Part shown: in pieces, positions 24,138-36,856 of the stretch
How the letters are laid out: every line of letters begins with the position of its first letter
Position numbering within the stretch: position 1 is the first letter of the stretch
NCBI GenBank assembly: GCA_010093605.1
Contig: MU004181.1
Coordinates: forward strand, 248,001-312,000
DNA from: Lophium mytilinum
Taxonomy: Eukaryota
Direction of reading: 5' to 3'
DNA: 64,000 nucleotides
Notes under the pieces: generated by a model
What the model was told of the DNA's origin: nothing
What the model saw: only the letters and a program-made list of their open reading frames with translations
The model's database searches: none
Made by a program: the position numbers and the translations under genes

Positions 24138-27100
24138 CTAAAGAGCCAGCCGCACCAAGATGGTGGAACAAAAGTGGTGGGGTGGTTTCAACCCTCCAGA
24201 TACTCTCGGAAATTCTGGTTTTTTGGTGGGACAAATGTTAGGAAAAGCGAGCATGCCCGCCATGTTGGGCTTTCGCAGGATGGCCTAATGGATTAGGTAG
24301 TAATTCCTTCTCCTCTACGAATCCCGCCGCGATCGTGGCCCAATCCCTGAATGACGCGCTCAAGAACGCAACTGGTCTGACGCGAATTGGTCTTCATCCA
24401 AGTGTTGCTCCAGCCCGTCCGCCACGCGTGCGAGATGACAATGGGAGAGGTTGACACTAGTGAAGTACAGGACATATCCATCCTCCCTGAAGCTGCTGAT
24501 GCCATGAAATAGGGTTGCTATTACGCGGGCTCCTATAGTGAATAGGGGACCAAATGAAGCCGGAGGCGACCAAGTCGGAGCGTTTCTGTGGGTGAAACGA
24601 ACCTTCAATGGAAGGTCCTCATTTCTAGGTACTGCCATGAATCGCGTTCTTAACTCCTGTTCTCCTTCCCTACTCGTTGTGCAAGTTGGTCGCGATGGGG
24701 TGATGTGAGGGCAGTACATTTGCTTCTTCGGGTCACTCACCATTTTCCCAACGTGGTAAGAGCTTTTTAGCATATGTGGAGTAGTCCTTGGAAGACGTTG
24801 ATACGGTTGCTCGTGCCTATCAGGCAAGCATGCTGAGCCATACTGCTCTCTCCATGAATGAGCTTAAAAACCTCGAAGGCCGTCGGCATTCACCACCATA
24901 CCCAGAAGCTCAAGTAGGAAGGTAGATGACTCCATACGTTGTCGAGGCCGTATTTTCAACCACTGGCAAGTGCGGAAGTTTGGTGAGCCTTAGGAGCTTG
25001 TTGGCTATGCCACGCCCCTCGACCAGCCAACCTCTCGTTCTAAGACATATAGCTAAAAGATGGCTTCCAAGCAACCAGAGTTGCTCTCCGTCCCCAGAAA
25101 GACTACTGGCACACTCGTACTGTCTTCTATTCTTAATCGCCACGTTCCCATTCTGCGTACTCTTATCAATAGCCTGAATTGGACGTCCGAAGTCCGCGGC
25201 AAAAGCCTGTAAAAGATGCAGCTTCGGCGGGAGAGATAGCCTGCATCCGTAAGCTAGGCCTTTAGTCTTAACCACCACCCCCCTCATCTACTGCTGCCTA
25301 GTACGCAATGAAGTTATTCCTATCGATGACACTTAGTCCGAGTCGGTACATGGTACACCTAGTTGTATGCTGGAAAGGATGGGATCAAAGGAGGCACCAT
25401 CTACCTATCTTGGTATTAGTAATTCGACTTGCTCCCGTTTCATAGCGATCAGCCTCACCAGCGTCTTCCGGCATTAGGAAGCTCAGGAGCCTTGCCGTCG
25501 GTAGAGTCCTATGTCCCGTATATGGTCACGTGGATATGGCACCACCCTGGCTCCACGTTCTCCCGCTGAATACCAAACTCGACAGTGCTACAGGTAGCAG
25601 CTGATGCCTTCGCCAGATGATAGTTCGCTCTCCATTGAGTTGACCTTTACATTGTATTTACAGTCTCAAATCTTATCGGGCGACCCTTGGCTGTTGCAAG
25701 AAGCGCCCAAAGCATTTGGCTTGGGGCTGTAGGGGAACCGTCTCATCATCTATGAACCCGCAGATTTAGTTCTCGAATGTACGACTCCCGTCGGCACGTC
25801 GTCTCGCATTCAACCATCGATCGGTTGATTACCCAGCCTACTTTAAGATTAGCTACTGTTCTGGATGCGTGTAATACGGACATGAAGTTGGAAACATGTC
25901 TGGAACCATCTGCAGAGCAGGAAAAGAGGCTGAAGCTGAGAGGAGGAAGATCAGCTCCGCCGATTCTTACATGATAGTGCTCAGCCCCTCCTGCGCACCC
26001 AGGATCGTCATGCGCAAGGTCGGTGCTCCTAGGTTGGAGACGTTCGGTGGGTGAAGCGTCGTAGTGTTCTCCTGTATGCCAAGCCCAGGGGGCGATGCCA
26101 ATTGGAACTCGTTTTCCATGTTGTCCGCGACATCCGCGACATCCGCGTTATTAAAGTTAGGAAGCGGTGCTAGCATGTCTCTCAGTAGTGGGTGACGTGG
26201 GGTACCGGAGGTGTCTTTAGCACTCTGAACACGGTTGGTGTGGGCATCGTTCGTGGGCTCATTCGTTATGTTGGAATCCTAGGACTCGAGATTCGGAGCC
26301 ACCATTTGCTTGATGGCCACGCCTTGAGCGCAGGAGTCTGTAGCTGGTACGGTCTGCGACAAGCTTGTTTCGCCTTTCATACGGTGTATCGTGAGCGCGT
26401 CCGTAAGCGCTTCCTGGCTCGGCATGACCCCCGATAGCTGGTTGAGGAGTAAGTTTGGGCCTTGGGGCGTTGGATTGGCAAGGAAGCGTTTATCGATATT
26501 CAGGGACCACGAACCTATGGGACATACGAGTCCTATTGAGGAGGCTATTTCCTTCTCCATCAATGGTTGGGCGCAGAAAGTTCGCTAGCGTCCGAGTAAC
26601 TATACTCACCACCCACGAATTCCACAGCTGCGGTCGGAGATGCACGGCATCCAAGCTACAGTATTGGATATGCAGGACCATATGAGCTCCCGTGATATAA
26701 TAGAAAATGAGAGAAGCAAGGCTCTGAGAGGCTTCTGGAGCCATCATCGAGAAAAGCGAGCATTGATCCATATGGACAGTGGGATGCTGGACATAGGACA
26801 CGGGGGTCAAAGGGTCGACTGTGGATGGATATACTAACAGCGTGGATGGATATACTGACAGCGTGAGAAGCCATGCTATCAACGTTGGTTGGGAGAAGAA
26901 ACTGATACTTTTCTTGTTGTTTCCACAATTTGGTGCAAGGAATATGTGGAGCTTGAACTCCTGAGCGAGGGCTTGATTCTGTCTTGCAACGCGCGGTAGC
27001 GTAGTTGCCGCATAGCACTAAATATTCAGACAAATAGAAGATAAAATGACATGCGACGGGGGCTTCACATTTTGAAACGCATGATTGAAACGAACTCCTT

Positions 27101-27250
27101 ACGTAAGCGTCCTGATGGGTGAATGGTGGAGACCGCGCGCTGCCGTAGAGCTGTGCGCTTGCCACGCCTCCTTCTTGGCCTAGCTCGCCATCCCCACCTA
27201 CCACGAACATCAACCACGACAACCGTACGAACCAGTCGTGCAAGCCCAGC

Positions 27251-28444
27251 ATGGGAGACCGCCGTACTGCCGCGCACGGCTCGGGTACTGCCGCTGCTGT
27301 CGGTGTGATGCTCAATTGTCGGCTGACGCTACCTCCCCCACAGGTTGGTCCCGCGCCTATTGTACTCTCAAGGTGCTCAATTACTAAACTGCGCCGCAGA
27401 ATTTCTCGGTGATTCTTGCAGCTCAACAGGCGCAATCCCAATCTCAGGCAGAGCTGGAGGGCTCTCAGCCTTCAGACCAGTTGCAGAAGGACTACTTCGG
27501 TCCGCCCCACCACCATCATGTCGGGTTTAGGTACTTTGGCCCGGAAGAAGAGAAGGTATGTTTTCTGCCCTTTATAGCGCGCCGCATCAAGACACTTACA
27601 CTCTGGATAGAGCGGTGTTGGTTTCTTCTCCCTGCCACGAGAATTACGTGATCAGATATACGAAGAGTCTGCGACAAACGGTGGCTTGGCAAAGGTGTTA
27701 TGGACGGATCCCAGAAAGCGCAAGGTCATCGTCGAGAACACTACGGATCCTGCTCTGACGGCTACTCTGAGCGCGCTGCAAGCGGTCCACCCGCAGGTCG
27801 CAGGGGAGGCCCCGGAGAGGGCTTGGACTTATACGACCCCACTCGTGGACGACTCCCGCCAATTCCTCGCCTTCAAGAAAAAATTAGACACAGAGACCGT
27901 CTTAGGAGAGCCCAAACTATCCAACCGCGTCAAGTCAGTGGCCTTTCGCCGCCTTGCTGGACCATACGCCAACAGAGCCATGGAGAAGTTGTTGGGAATG
28001 AAGAAGCTGAAAAAGGTGTTCATCGTCCCAAAGAAGGTACCACGCGCAATGAATGCTCGCCCGGATGCGTATCGTCGCACCCAAACCGCCATGATAAACC
28101 AGCTGTTCAGTTCGCCCGCCATTGTCCGATTCTGTCAGGACCTGTTGGAAAAGCAAAAGGCCCTGTCTTTTGACGCAAACCTGGACAAAGCGTTTGAGAA
28201 GCACGAGAAGACTCGGGCTAGGTGTAGGGCGTTACCGATGGGTGGACGTCTTGGGGATCAGGTCAGAATGCAACAAGCAGAAGAGCTCAATGAGCTTTTC
28301 GCTCAGGAGCGCAATCAAGCCATGCGAAGCCTTTACAGCGAGCAGATCGAAGCCGACACTGAAGAACTATCTTCGCTGAAAGCGAGAACCCGAGCGGTTC
28401 GTAAGAGACTAGCAAGTCGGAGAAAGCACCATGATGCCCTCTGA
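27251..28444 (+). CDS. F-box/2EXR-like family member A, about 360 aa, exons 27251-27343, 27400-27555 and 27611-28444
   Basis: Two phase-0 introns; the last exon starts SGVGFFSLPRELRDQIYEE and continues into ORF 27686..28444. The first exon is less certain. Confidence 0.85.
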
Positions 28445-30151
28445 TCCCCTTCCCTTTCATGTAAGTAGCTACGAAGAGCTTGAGGCGGTGTTCTGTGATG
28501 TAGGAGTAGTTGCCACAGAGGCCACTCCGCACATAAAAGGCGAGAAGAAGGCTTGACATTCAAATATAATCTCTTCCTTCACAAGAAGTAATCAATGCCA
28601 GTATGCTCAACTCGGTGGAGGCAGAGTATATAAATAACTATTTTCATCCAGGTCATCCTATTATGCACATCATCAACTGTCTTGTTCACCCTTATGCCAC
28701 ACATGCCGCCATTCCACCGCGCCCTTCTATATTTCCCAGCCCAAGAGCGAATTCATATCGTTCTACAATGAAGATGATCAAGAGTCACGATTACTGGTTC
28801 ATTTCTGCACGCAAGACCGGGCTTCTAGAACCTCAAACAAGAAGAGATGTTTACGAAATGCAAAACGCGCAAACCTGCGGTGCACGGTAACCCATCTTGT
28901 GGAGTCTATCTTAGCCCTTCACCAATGAGCTTGGGAGTCTCCTTGTAGAATGGGATTCTCAGCTGTCGACTCCGGATTGCAGATCCTGCGAATGAGACTC
29001 CGAAATGTACAAGCTGATGTTTCCACCTCTCTCGCATTCGCAAGCTCCGAAAAGCTCGAGATTGGGAGGCGTAAGCCGGCGGTGCAGGAACACTCATGCT
29101 GGGCGTGCTGTTCTTGACAAATATGGCTGAACGCGGAAGGTTCCTCGGCGTCTGACCGAATATGGTCACCAACTACCAATTTCATGGTTGGCGTTTCAAT
29201 CTCGACGGCATGAGTGTGTTGCGGCGCCTGGTCCTTGCACGTACTAGGCACATCAGCATCGACAAGCCGAGCAAGCCTTAAGAAAGATCACGAATAAACA
29301 CATTGTATAAATCTTTCTTGGGAATGTAGTATAGGAAACAAATGTTGGAAACCAATCAGGGGAGGCTAGTGACTGCCCGAATTGTCGTCCTATGTGGCAT
29401 CTTTCTGAACAGATGGTTGTTTGATCACTTGTAACTCTTGTGTCGCCCGCATTCTATGGCCGTGCTTTTACGTAAAGTTCCTTAATTGTTTCGAAGAATG
29501 CGAAACGGGTAAGGTGAACTTGGTGAATAAATTGAAGCCCTGAATCGCAGTGACTGGTTCGTAGAATAGGATATGTGATTGCAAGATCAGTGTCCGCATC
29601 CTTCGTTACCGCCGTCCGCATGATTCAGCCCACTGTAAATATTTAGTGGAAACCTATCAGTCTAAACAGCCTAGAATAGAGAGGTTTTACATAAGCTACA
29701 ATCGCCGACAAGACACATGACCTTGGAACAAACCGTACCTTGGCGCGAGAAATGCGAGTGGCTGGGATTTGAACCACAAGTCCTGGAATTTTCATTGTCA
29801 GCGTAGGGCTTCTCTAGTCTATCAGCACATCACTGTGGCCCCCTAGCGGCTACTCCATCTACATCACACTATCGACATTTCATCCATTCCGCTATCGGTC
29901 AGCAACTTATCCGAGCAGTTTGGCGCTCTACCAAGCCGAGCTCCGCCCCACGCAGCTCAACGTTGGTAACGCAGACGCTGAAAACGGGATCATAACAGCT
30001 CGTTAGACTAATATCGGTTCCAGAATTGCGGCAGCCTCCCACGAATAACGTCTCATTACCCCGGGCACGACAACCTCCCGTACTCCTACCACTACCTCCA
30101 ACCCTACGGCGACTACCTACAACCCTACAACGATCTACGCAGGCTCCCGTG

Positions 30152-30828
30152 ATGTCACCCTTAGGACGCCAATCTAATAACGGGGATGTGGAAGAAGCTG
30201 TGCTTAGACAAGAGCTCGTCGACCGGCTTGCTGTCTACGGGGATGCGCCAGCCCCACAGCAGGTAAGCGTGCGTCACCATAGAATAACCATTGCTTAGGC
30301 TTATGCATTGAATAGGAAGGCCTCGCCGTCCGTCTTAGAGGGCACAACCCCATTCAAGTTCTTCCGGCAATTGTCCCCGCTTGGATGAATAATAACCTAT
30401 ACTCCTACATGGAATGCCAGACGCACTATATCAAGGCTGTCATCGCCGCTGAAAACGTTCTCGATGTATTCTTGGACCTCATGGCGGAACATGCTGCAAT
30501 CGGGGGACGCCTAAGTATCTTCTTCGCCTCCAATTGGGAAAATGCCGCCCAGGACTTCGAAGTGATACGGTTTCAATATCAAGCAGTGCTACCCAGCGGC
30601 AGGCTGGATGCTGATACAGTCCGTCAAATCTGCCTCCTTCTCGAGAGATACTGGGACTCCTTGCTGCGTGCAAGCCTTATCAAGCACATCAATCGCAAAG
30701 TGGAGGCGAAGATGTCCCACTACCTTGACCTCCTTGCCCGCCACCCAGATCGCAAAGATGAAATAGAAAGTATTGTGCAAGAGATTATTGAGCTACAGGT
30801 CTTGAGGGTCGACCACGTCCAGAAGTAG
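30152..30828 (+). CDS. Hypothetical, probably helical protein, 207 aa, exons 30152-30262 and 30316-30828
   Basis: Phase-0 intron GTAAGC..AATAG joins MSPLGRQSNN..APQQ to EGLAVRLRG.. and ORF 30385..30828. Confidence 0.75.
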
Positions 30829-30949
30829 GTACGTCTCATACTGGCAGTGCATAATCTTGATGCGTCGTACTGACATGGTGCTAATAGGAACGATGGTGCT
30901 CTGGCAGCTACATAAGGACCATGGTTTCTTGCCGGCTCTACATTCATTG

Positions 30950-31594
30950 CCTTCCAAGTTCAGACCGGCTGCTCCTAGGACGTCTTTGGCTGGGCGGAGG
31001 GAGTTGTGAAGGACGTCAGGCCAGACCAACTCTTGTTAGGCATGTAGCAACTAATACAAAATTGACGAGTACATACCATATATGCGACTACAATGTCTTC
31101 TACTCTGCTCCATCGACCCCACTGTATGGAGTGCCTGGTGCAAGACGCGATTGTCCCCCAGAAGCCCCCATTTCCTAGAGCACGAAGTCCTTCTCCTTGC
31201 TATTACCCAGTGGAAGATCGTCAGGAAGCTGTTCAAATCGCTAAAGGTGGTAAGTCTTGCGAGGCATCTCAAGGAAGCACGGGAGAAAAACACGGCTCGC
31301 TGTATCTAGCTGTATCTTCAATCGAACTGGCGCAGCATCTTCAATGAGTTTGAGCGTGATCGACCGAAGTATAAACCACTCAGACCAGAAGGAAGGCTCG
31401 ACGAGAGGACTATAAGCTACCAAACTGGTAGACCAAAGACATTCTTTGAGTACATTCGGTATGGCGCGGTTAGAAAGCTGTACAAAAAGAATATGATAAA
31501 GGTGCAAGAGGTGATGATCAAGCTACAGGGTTAGTTGAACAATTCGCGTCGTAGATACCATGAACTACGAGAGAACGGCGGCGCCGATGTCTAA
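30950..31594 (+). pseudogene. Pseudogene of the A-E family
   Basis: AIVPQKPPFPRARSPSPCYY, QWKIVRKLFKSLKVVSLARHLKEAREK and SNWRSIFNEFERDRPKYKPLRPEGRLDERTISYQTGRPKTFFE align with member D (AIVPSKVPQNSNPEPDAFY..ADWDDAFEAHENNRPKCRKLAASGGRLTAEVRLRQTEELRVYFD); contains frameshifts and TAG stops. Confidence 0.8.
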
Positions 31595-32169
31595 TTGCTC
31601 GCCCTTGCTTTTTCCTACGATAGAGCGAGATGAGCGTTCCGATTCCGAAAGACCTGCCTAGTAGGCGAAGAAGATGTGACGGAAACCTTCCCTGTGTCAA
31701 TCATTTCTTTAGGATTCGGTAGGGTGAGTAGGATATTCCAAATAGGGTTTTGGCAGACCTCTTTAGAGGAGTAGTGTTGTGGATAGGCAGTATAATCCTC
31801 TTCTACTTTCATAAGCAATGATGTTGCTATCTGCGCCTGTGACTCGTAGCGTACTGCTGTGTCAACATTTAGCATATCCATGTACCAAGACCTATGGCCT
31901 ATTACTCTACACAGCTCCATCCGTTCATTTCTCGGGTGAATTATAGTAATAGTATGTCTATTAGCCTCCGCGTTTTATCTACTAGATAATTGCCTCGGTC
32001 ACGGGATGACCGAGCTCTTGGCCCAAGTGATTTCTAGCCACAGCGCCGTGCAAATCCGATCCCCGCCACCTCCATCTCCAAGTTCGGCGAACCTCGACTC
32101 TGTCAATACCAGTGAACAACAGCTTCAACCCAGGAAGCGCGGCCCCCGTTATTCCACTCCCTCATCACA

Positions 32170-33392
32170 ATGAACGTGCCAGCAGCGACTCAATCGACCC
32201 CGACAAATGTTGGAGCGCTACACTCCACCCCACTAGTTAGTCAAGGCAAAACGGGTCAACTATTACCTCTCAACTAAGATGCGTAGCAGAATCATGATGT
32301 AGCTTCTGCGACCTCTTCTGCCGCTCCATTAGTTCGCCTGCACCCTCCTCGATGCCCCATCTACCAGCCCCAAGCTCACACTCAGCAGGCTCCTACACTG
32401 CTCGCCGCCGCTCTGACTGCTGCTGTTAGAGGCAACCACACCAGAGTAGGCGATCCTTCCGACTAATTCAAAGGAAGCGTTCATACTGAAAATGTTCATA
32501 GAACGCCGCCCCATTCCCGTTCCTTGCGCTGCCCCGCGAGTTGGCTGATATGGCCTACGAATTTGTGTTCACGAACAATGGCCGAACCTGCGCGGTCTGG
32601 ACAACCGGCACAAACAAGCGGGAGGTGTGCCTCATCAATCTCAAGGATCGAGCTGTTACCCAGAGCTTTCATGCTCTGGCCTTGTCGAACATGAAGGTTT
32701 ACCTCGAAGCTTCCGAACGCTACTGGGCGAAAACCACTCCGGAGTTTGATAACGCTGAGCAATTCAACGCGCTCTGGGACCAGCTCAACGAAGAGCGTAC
32801 CGACGGCAAACCCAAAGCCTACCACCTCTTCAAGTCTATCGCGTTCAAAAATCTCAAGGGGCGCCACTCTATCAAGGCGTTCAAGCGCATCCTCCAGATG
32901 CCAAACCTCCGCCGCGTGGTGATCGTACCGCGTAAGGTATCCAAGAAGCTGAACGCAGCTCCAAATGCCTACTACAACTGGCAGCGCGCTGGATTCGACA
33001 GCTTTCTCTCTTCTCCGAAGACTCTGGACTTCTTAGTGAAGCTGAAGCAGAAGCGCATGGACGACGGCCGCCAGGCCCAGGTGATTGGCGGCCCTAACTG
33101 GTACAATCAAGCTTTTGACTACGAAGCGGGCCGACGGAAATGTCGGGCGCTGGGTCGGCCGGGAAGACTTCACTCGAACGCGATTCACCATGAAGTTGCG
33201 CAGTTGGAAGATTACTGTGACAATGAGCTTGCGAATAGGATCGATGCCCACGTAGCCAGTCTGATCCAGGCCAAGACGACCCGCATTCAAGAACTTGAAG
33301 CTGGTATTCGTACTCGGCGTGTAGAACTTCGGATCCGCAAACTTGAACATGAGCGCAATCGTCTCCGCGTCCTGAGGAACTCTAATGCCTAG
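32170..33392 (+). CDS. F-box/2EXR-like family member B, 371 aa, exons 32170-32235, 32287-32445 and 32502-33392
   Basis: Two phase-0 introns; the last exon starts NAAPFPFLALPRELADMAYEFVF and continues into ORF 32541..33392. Confidence 0.87.
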
Positions 33393-35417
33393 CGGAACGA
33401 ATGAATACGTCGGTCACGGTGGCAAGCTCCCTCTTCCAACACTTCGTCATTATCTTAATTAACGGCAAAGTTAGCACCATGAGTGTAGCCACCACGATGG
33501 GCGATTCGGAAGGGAAGGCAGGTTTGAAATCGGGCGAAAATGAGGTGAGATAGGAAGGGCGGTGGGGTGCCTCAGGGCTATACATGCTTGTCACTAGCAC
33601 AGCCCGTAATACATAGACTTGATATTCAAGCTATGATAAAGCAATTGGGTAATCATATCATTATTCTCCTCAACTAATCATGCGTATTTCAGCGAGACAC
33701 GCCATTCTCAGCGCTGTCCGTCAGCCAACGGAGCTGAGTAAGCCATACTTACAAACATTTCCACCTTCATATTCGTTGTATGGTTGCTACGATGCATCTC
33801 CTACTAACTCCATCTCAACCATAAAGCCTGAGTGAACCCCAAGGACACCACTCGCCGTCAGAACTCCCAAGGCTATTCCGACGTCTTTAGTTAATGGGTG
33901 CATCACTGCAACATCGACAAGACCATGCGCATTCATACCCTATCCTTCCCTCACAGAACAAAATAAGCCTTCTTTGACCGACATACAAAAGCTACGTTTC
34001 TTCAAACACGTTAGCAAAACGTTTGAAAGCTGACCAAAACCTGGATCATTCGACTTTCCTGTTTTGGTTGACGTATGAAACCTTGTAGGATCTGAAATCT
34101 TTTGATCTGGTTGCCTCCAGCGTCTTGCATCTATGCCATTTTCGAAGTGTCTAAGAGTAGCACAATAGCCTCATTACAAACTTGAAGGTATTTATTGCGG
34201 CATGGTCACGCCGTTCGAAGAGACCAGGCTCGTACATCCAGCCTAGCGCTTTGGGGTCCTCACTATATCTGTTCTTCTGCCCTATCAATCACGCGCACTA
34301 GTCTCCGCTGCGAGTGCAGATGCGCGACTGCCATGTCGGCCTTCTGCTAGAATTGCACGAAGCCGGCCAACTGAAACGATCCTCGCAACAAGCTGGCAAG
34401 CGACGCGCACGCGAGAGGGTATATACCTCTTGTCCCGAGACCCATGCGGGCCGCCCAGTGGAGACTGCAGGGGTATGGTCCGTGTCGCCCAGGAAGCCAC
34501 TGGCGCGGTTGGAATGAAGTTTGCATTGGAACTCCTCTTATCGATCCTACGATCGTGAACATGCTAGCATTGCTTGAAATCACGCCAGATAGTGGCGGGC
34601 GACCCACAAGCGTTGCGCTCGCAAGCTACCGAGAAGGGTTGTGTTTAAAAGATGGGAGGGGCATGCAGTAACTTGGGGCGCTGAGTCCGTTCGCGCACGG
34701 ATTGCTGACATGGAGACAACGGTGGGTGCACCTTGACTGAATTCGAGGAAGAAGTAGAAGCTCCGAACTCCTAATGTTTGAAGAGATTGCGAGCTTCCCG
34801 TCCATTTTTGCGTTTTTGATTGGGCTGGGAGTTCTTTCTGGATCGTAGACAGTCTATAAGGAAAAAACTATGGCAATTGAGGTATTTGCGGCGACGTAAA
34901 TAGCGGGTCTTTCTGGTTCCTTTGGCGAGGAAATAACTCTTCCGAGCACGTTCTGGATCATTCTTCCCCCTTCGCGCTTGTGGTGAAGATGATCTGGCTC
35001 CGTTTTGATATGTTGCCCAGGTAGTGACCGCGATATGGGTGTTCTAGTATAATCGTAGTTAGCATGTTTATGATACCATTGGTGTTAACAGGAAAACAAG
35101 TTGTACTAACAGGAAAACAAGTTGTAGTCTCGTGATGGGTGTCTTGAGCTCTGAAAGATCTGAAGCACATTCAGCAGCAATGAGACTCTGTAGAAAAAAA
35201 TTGGTTTGATTCGTAATCGCCAGCGAGCAAGGGTGGCTCGGAAAGCTCCCGACGCGAAGCGCTCGGTTAGCTAGCCTGGCTTTGGACTTTGGCGAGAGGT
35301 TTGCTCTAAGTACTCACAACGACACCGCCGTCTCCTGCGTGTACACCTTCAACAACAATATCTACGACAGCAGGTCTACAGATTGCTTCGCGTTCCACTG
35401 CAGCTGCTCAAGGCGCG

Positions 35418-36473
35418 ATGATCACTTTCGGCGCCGCGGGAAACACCGCTCGCTCACAGGTACGCCACTCCCGAATGATGAAACTCTCCTCTTTTAGCCT
35501 GGATTGCTAATCGAGCTACTAGCCCTTTCGCATGCAAGATTTGCCGGCGGAGATTCGACAGAAAGTCATCGCCCAGATGTGCTGGGGCAAGATTCTGGAG
35601 TTCTCTTGGAATGCCCCTCCTGCGCCAAACACCGCCCTCGGGCCCGCGCTCGTTGTCAGATGCCAGAGAGATCCGTTGCTCGTACCAACCCTCAAGGCTC
35701 TAATGCTTGTAAACAAGTTGATGGCCAACGAAGTGCCGCGTAATGCGTGGCCAAACATGATCCTGTTCTTCGAGGCTCCTCGACAGCTTACCGCCCTGGG
35801 CAGGGTTCTTCACTTTGCTGGTAGCTCCGACTTGAACGAGGACGAGCAGCCTATTCGCCCGCACACGTACATCCGGTCTGTCGCATTCAAAGAGCTTCCT
35901 GAAATTCCAGAACCTGGTGCGTACGATTGGTTCAGGGACATGCCCGGCATCAAGGGCATCACGGACATCATCGTCACCCCTCGCATGTGGATCCCCAAGC
36001 AGCATCGGAGAAAGCTGGAGGCGTTCCGCTTGACTCAAGCGGATCATATACAGGCTCTGCTCAACAACGTGTGGAATCTCCGGCTCCTCGTGGATATCGA
36101 GATTGCTGAGAAAAAGAGGGGGGACGTCGTTGGGAAAACTCGCTTCATTTTCGATCCCAACTTCGACGACATGTGGCTCAACTTCGAGCAGACCCGTCAT
36201 CTCCGCCCAAAGCTTGAAAGCAAGAGATACACTGTCGAAGAAGTCACCGCCCAAGCCGAGGCTCTTGCGTCCGATTTCGTCATCCGACGTGATCAAGGCC
36301 GTCTTTCCTACGCCAACAAGGTGATGCCTATAATCAAGAAGACCATCGAAGACAAGAAGCGGCATATGGAGGAGCTGCAGAAGTGGACCGATCGGCAGGA
36401 AGACAGGCTACAGATCATGGGCGTATTGTACACAGACCCCACAACCGGCGCCGCATCCAGCAGCAGTGGCTAA
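35418..36473 (+). CDS. F-box/2EXR-like family member C, 330 aa, exons 35418-35459 and 35523-36473
   Basis: Phase-0 intron GTACGC..GCTAAT..TAG, then PFRMQDLPAEIRQKVIAQM and the 313-aa ORF. Confidence 0.88.
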
Positions 36474-36856
36474 AGAGCAGGAGGTAGGAGGAAGGCTAGT
36501 GTAGTTCTTACGATCTGAATACTATCCAAACCTCTTGCTGAATAGGCCGTGTTGACCTTTCATGAAGCAGCCTTTGCCGCCTTCCAACTTCTTATGTCCT
36601 GATTCACTGCTCTCCAATCTTGCTAGAAAGCACAACATTACCCACCGTGAAAGCGTTAGGTTAACTAGTGCACAAAGTGAAACCACTACATTTCGAAGAG
36701 GTAAGGCCTATATTTTCTACTCTAGGTTTCCTCCACTAACCGATCCGAAAACTCCTGTATCGCCCACACCACCACCACACACTTTGATTCAGTCACACCA
36801 AGGCCTATCCGCAGCACACTTGTCCCCCAAAACACCCTCTATCCCCACGTCACAAA

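Noticed and set aside
27320..27350. Recursive or zero-length-exon splice site (GCTGAC..CCCACAG|GTTGGT)
   Set aside because: Upstream donor candidates (27264, 27285) are weak and give the wrong phase; a simple 93-nt first exon explains the frame.
26656..27441. 261-aa minus-strand ORF
   Set aside because: Antisense to the 5' part of member A, with non-protein-like composition, and it runs through a simple 21-bp duplication.
29750..29860. tRNA gene on the minus strand (B-box GGTTCAAATCC at 29765-29775)
   Set aside because: No convincing cloverleaf or adjacent oligo-T terminator; at most an isolated B-box.
26821..35127. Two-copy 21-bp tandem repeats (near 26821 and 35086) and several 9-bp repeats
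   Set aside because: Ordinary slippage duplications with no further structure.
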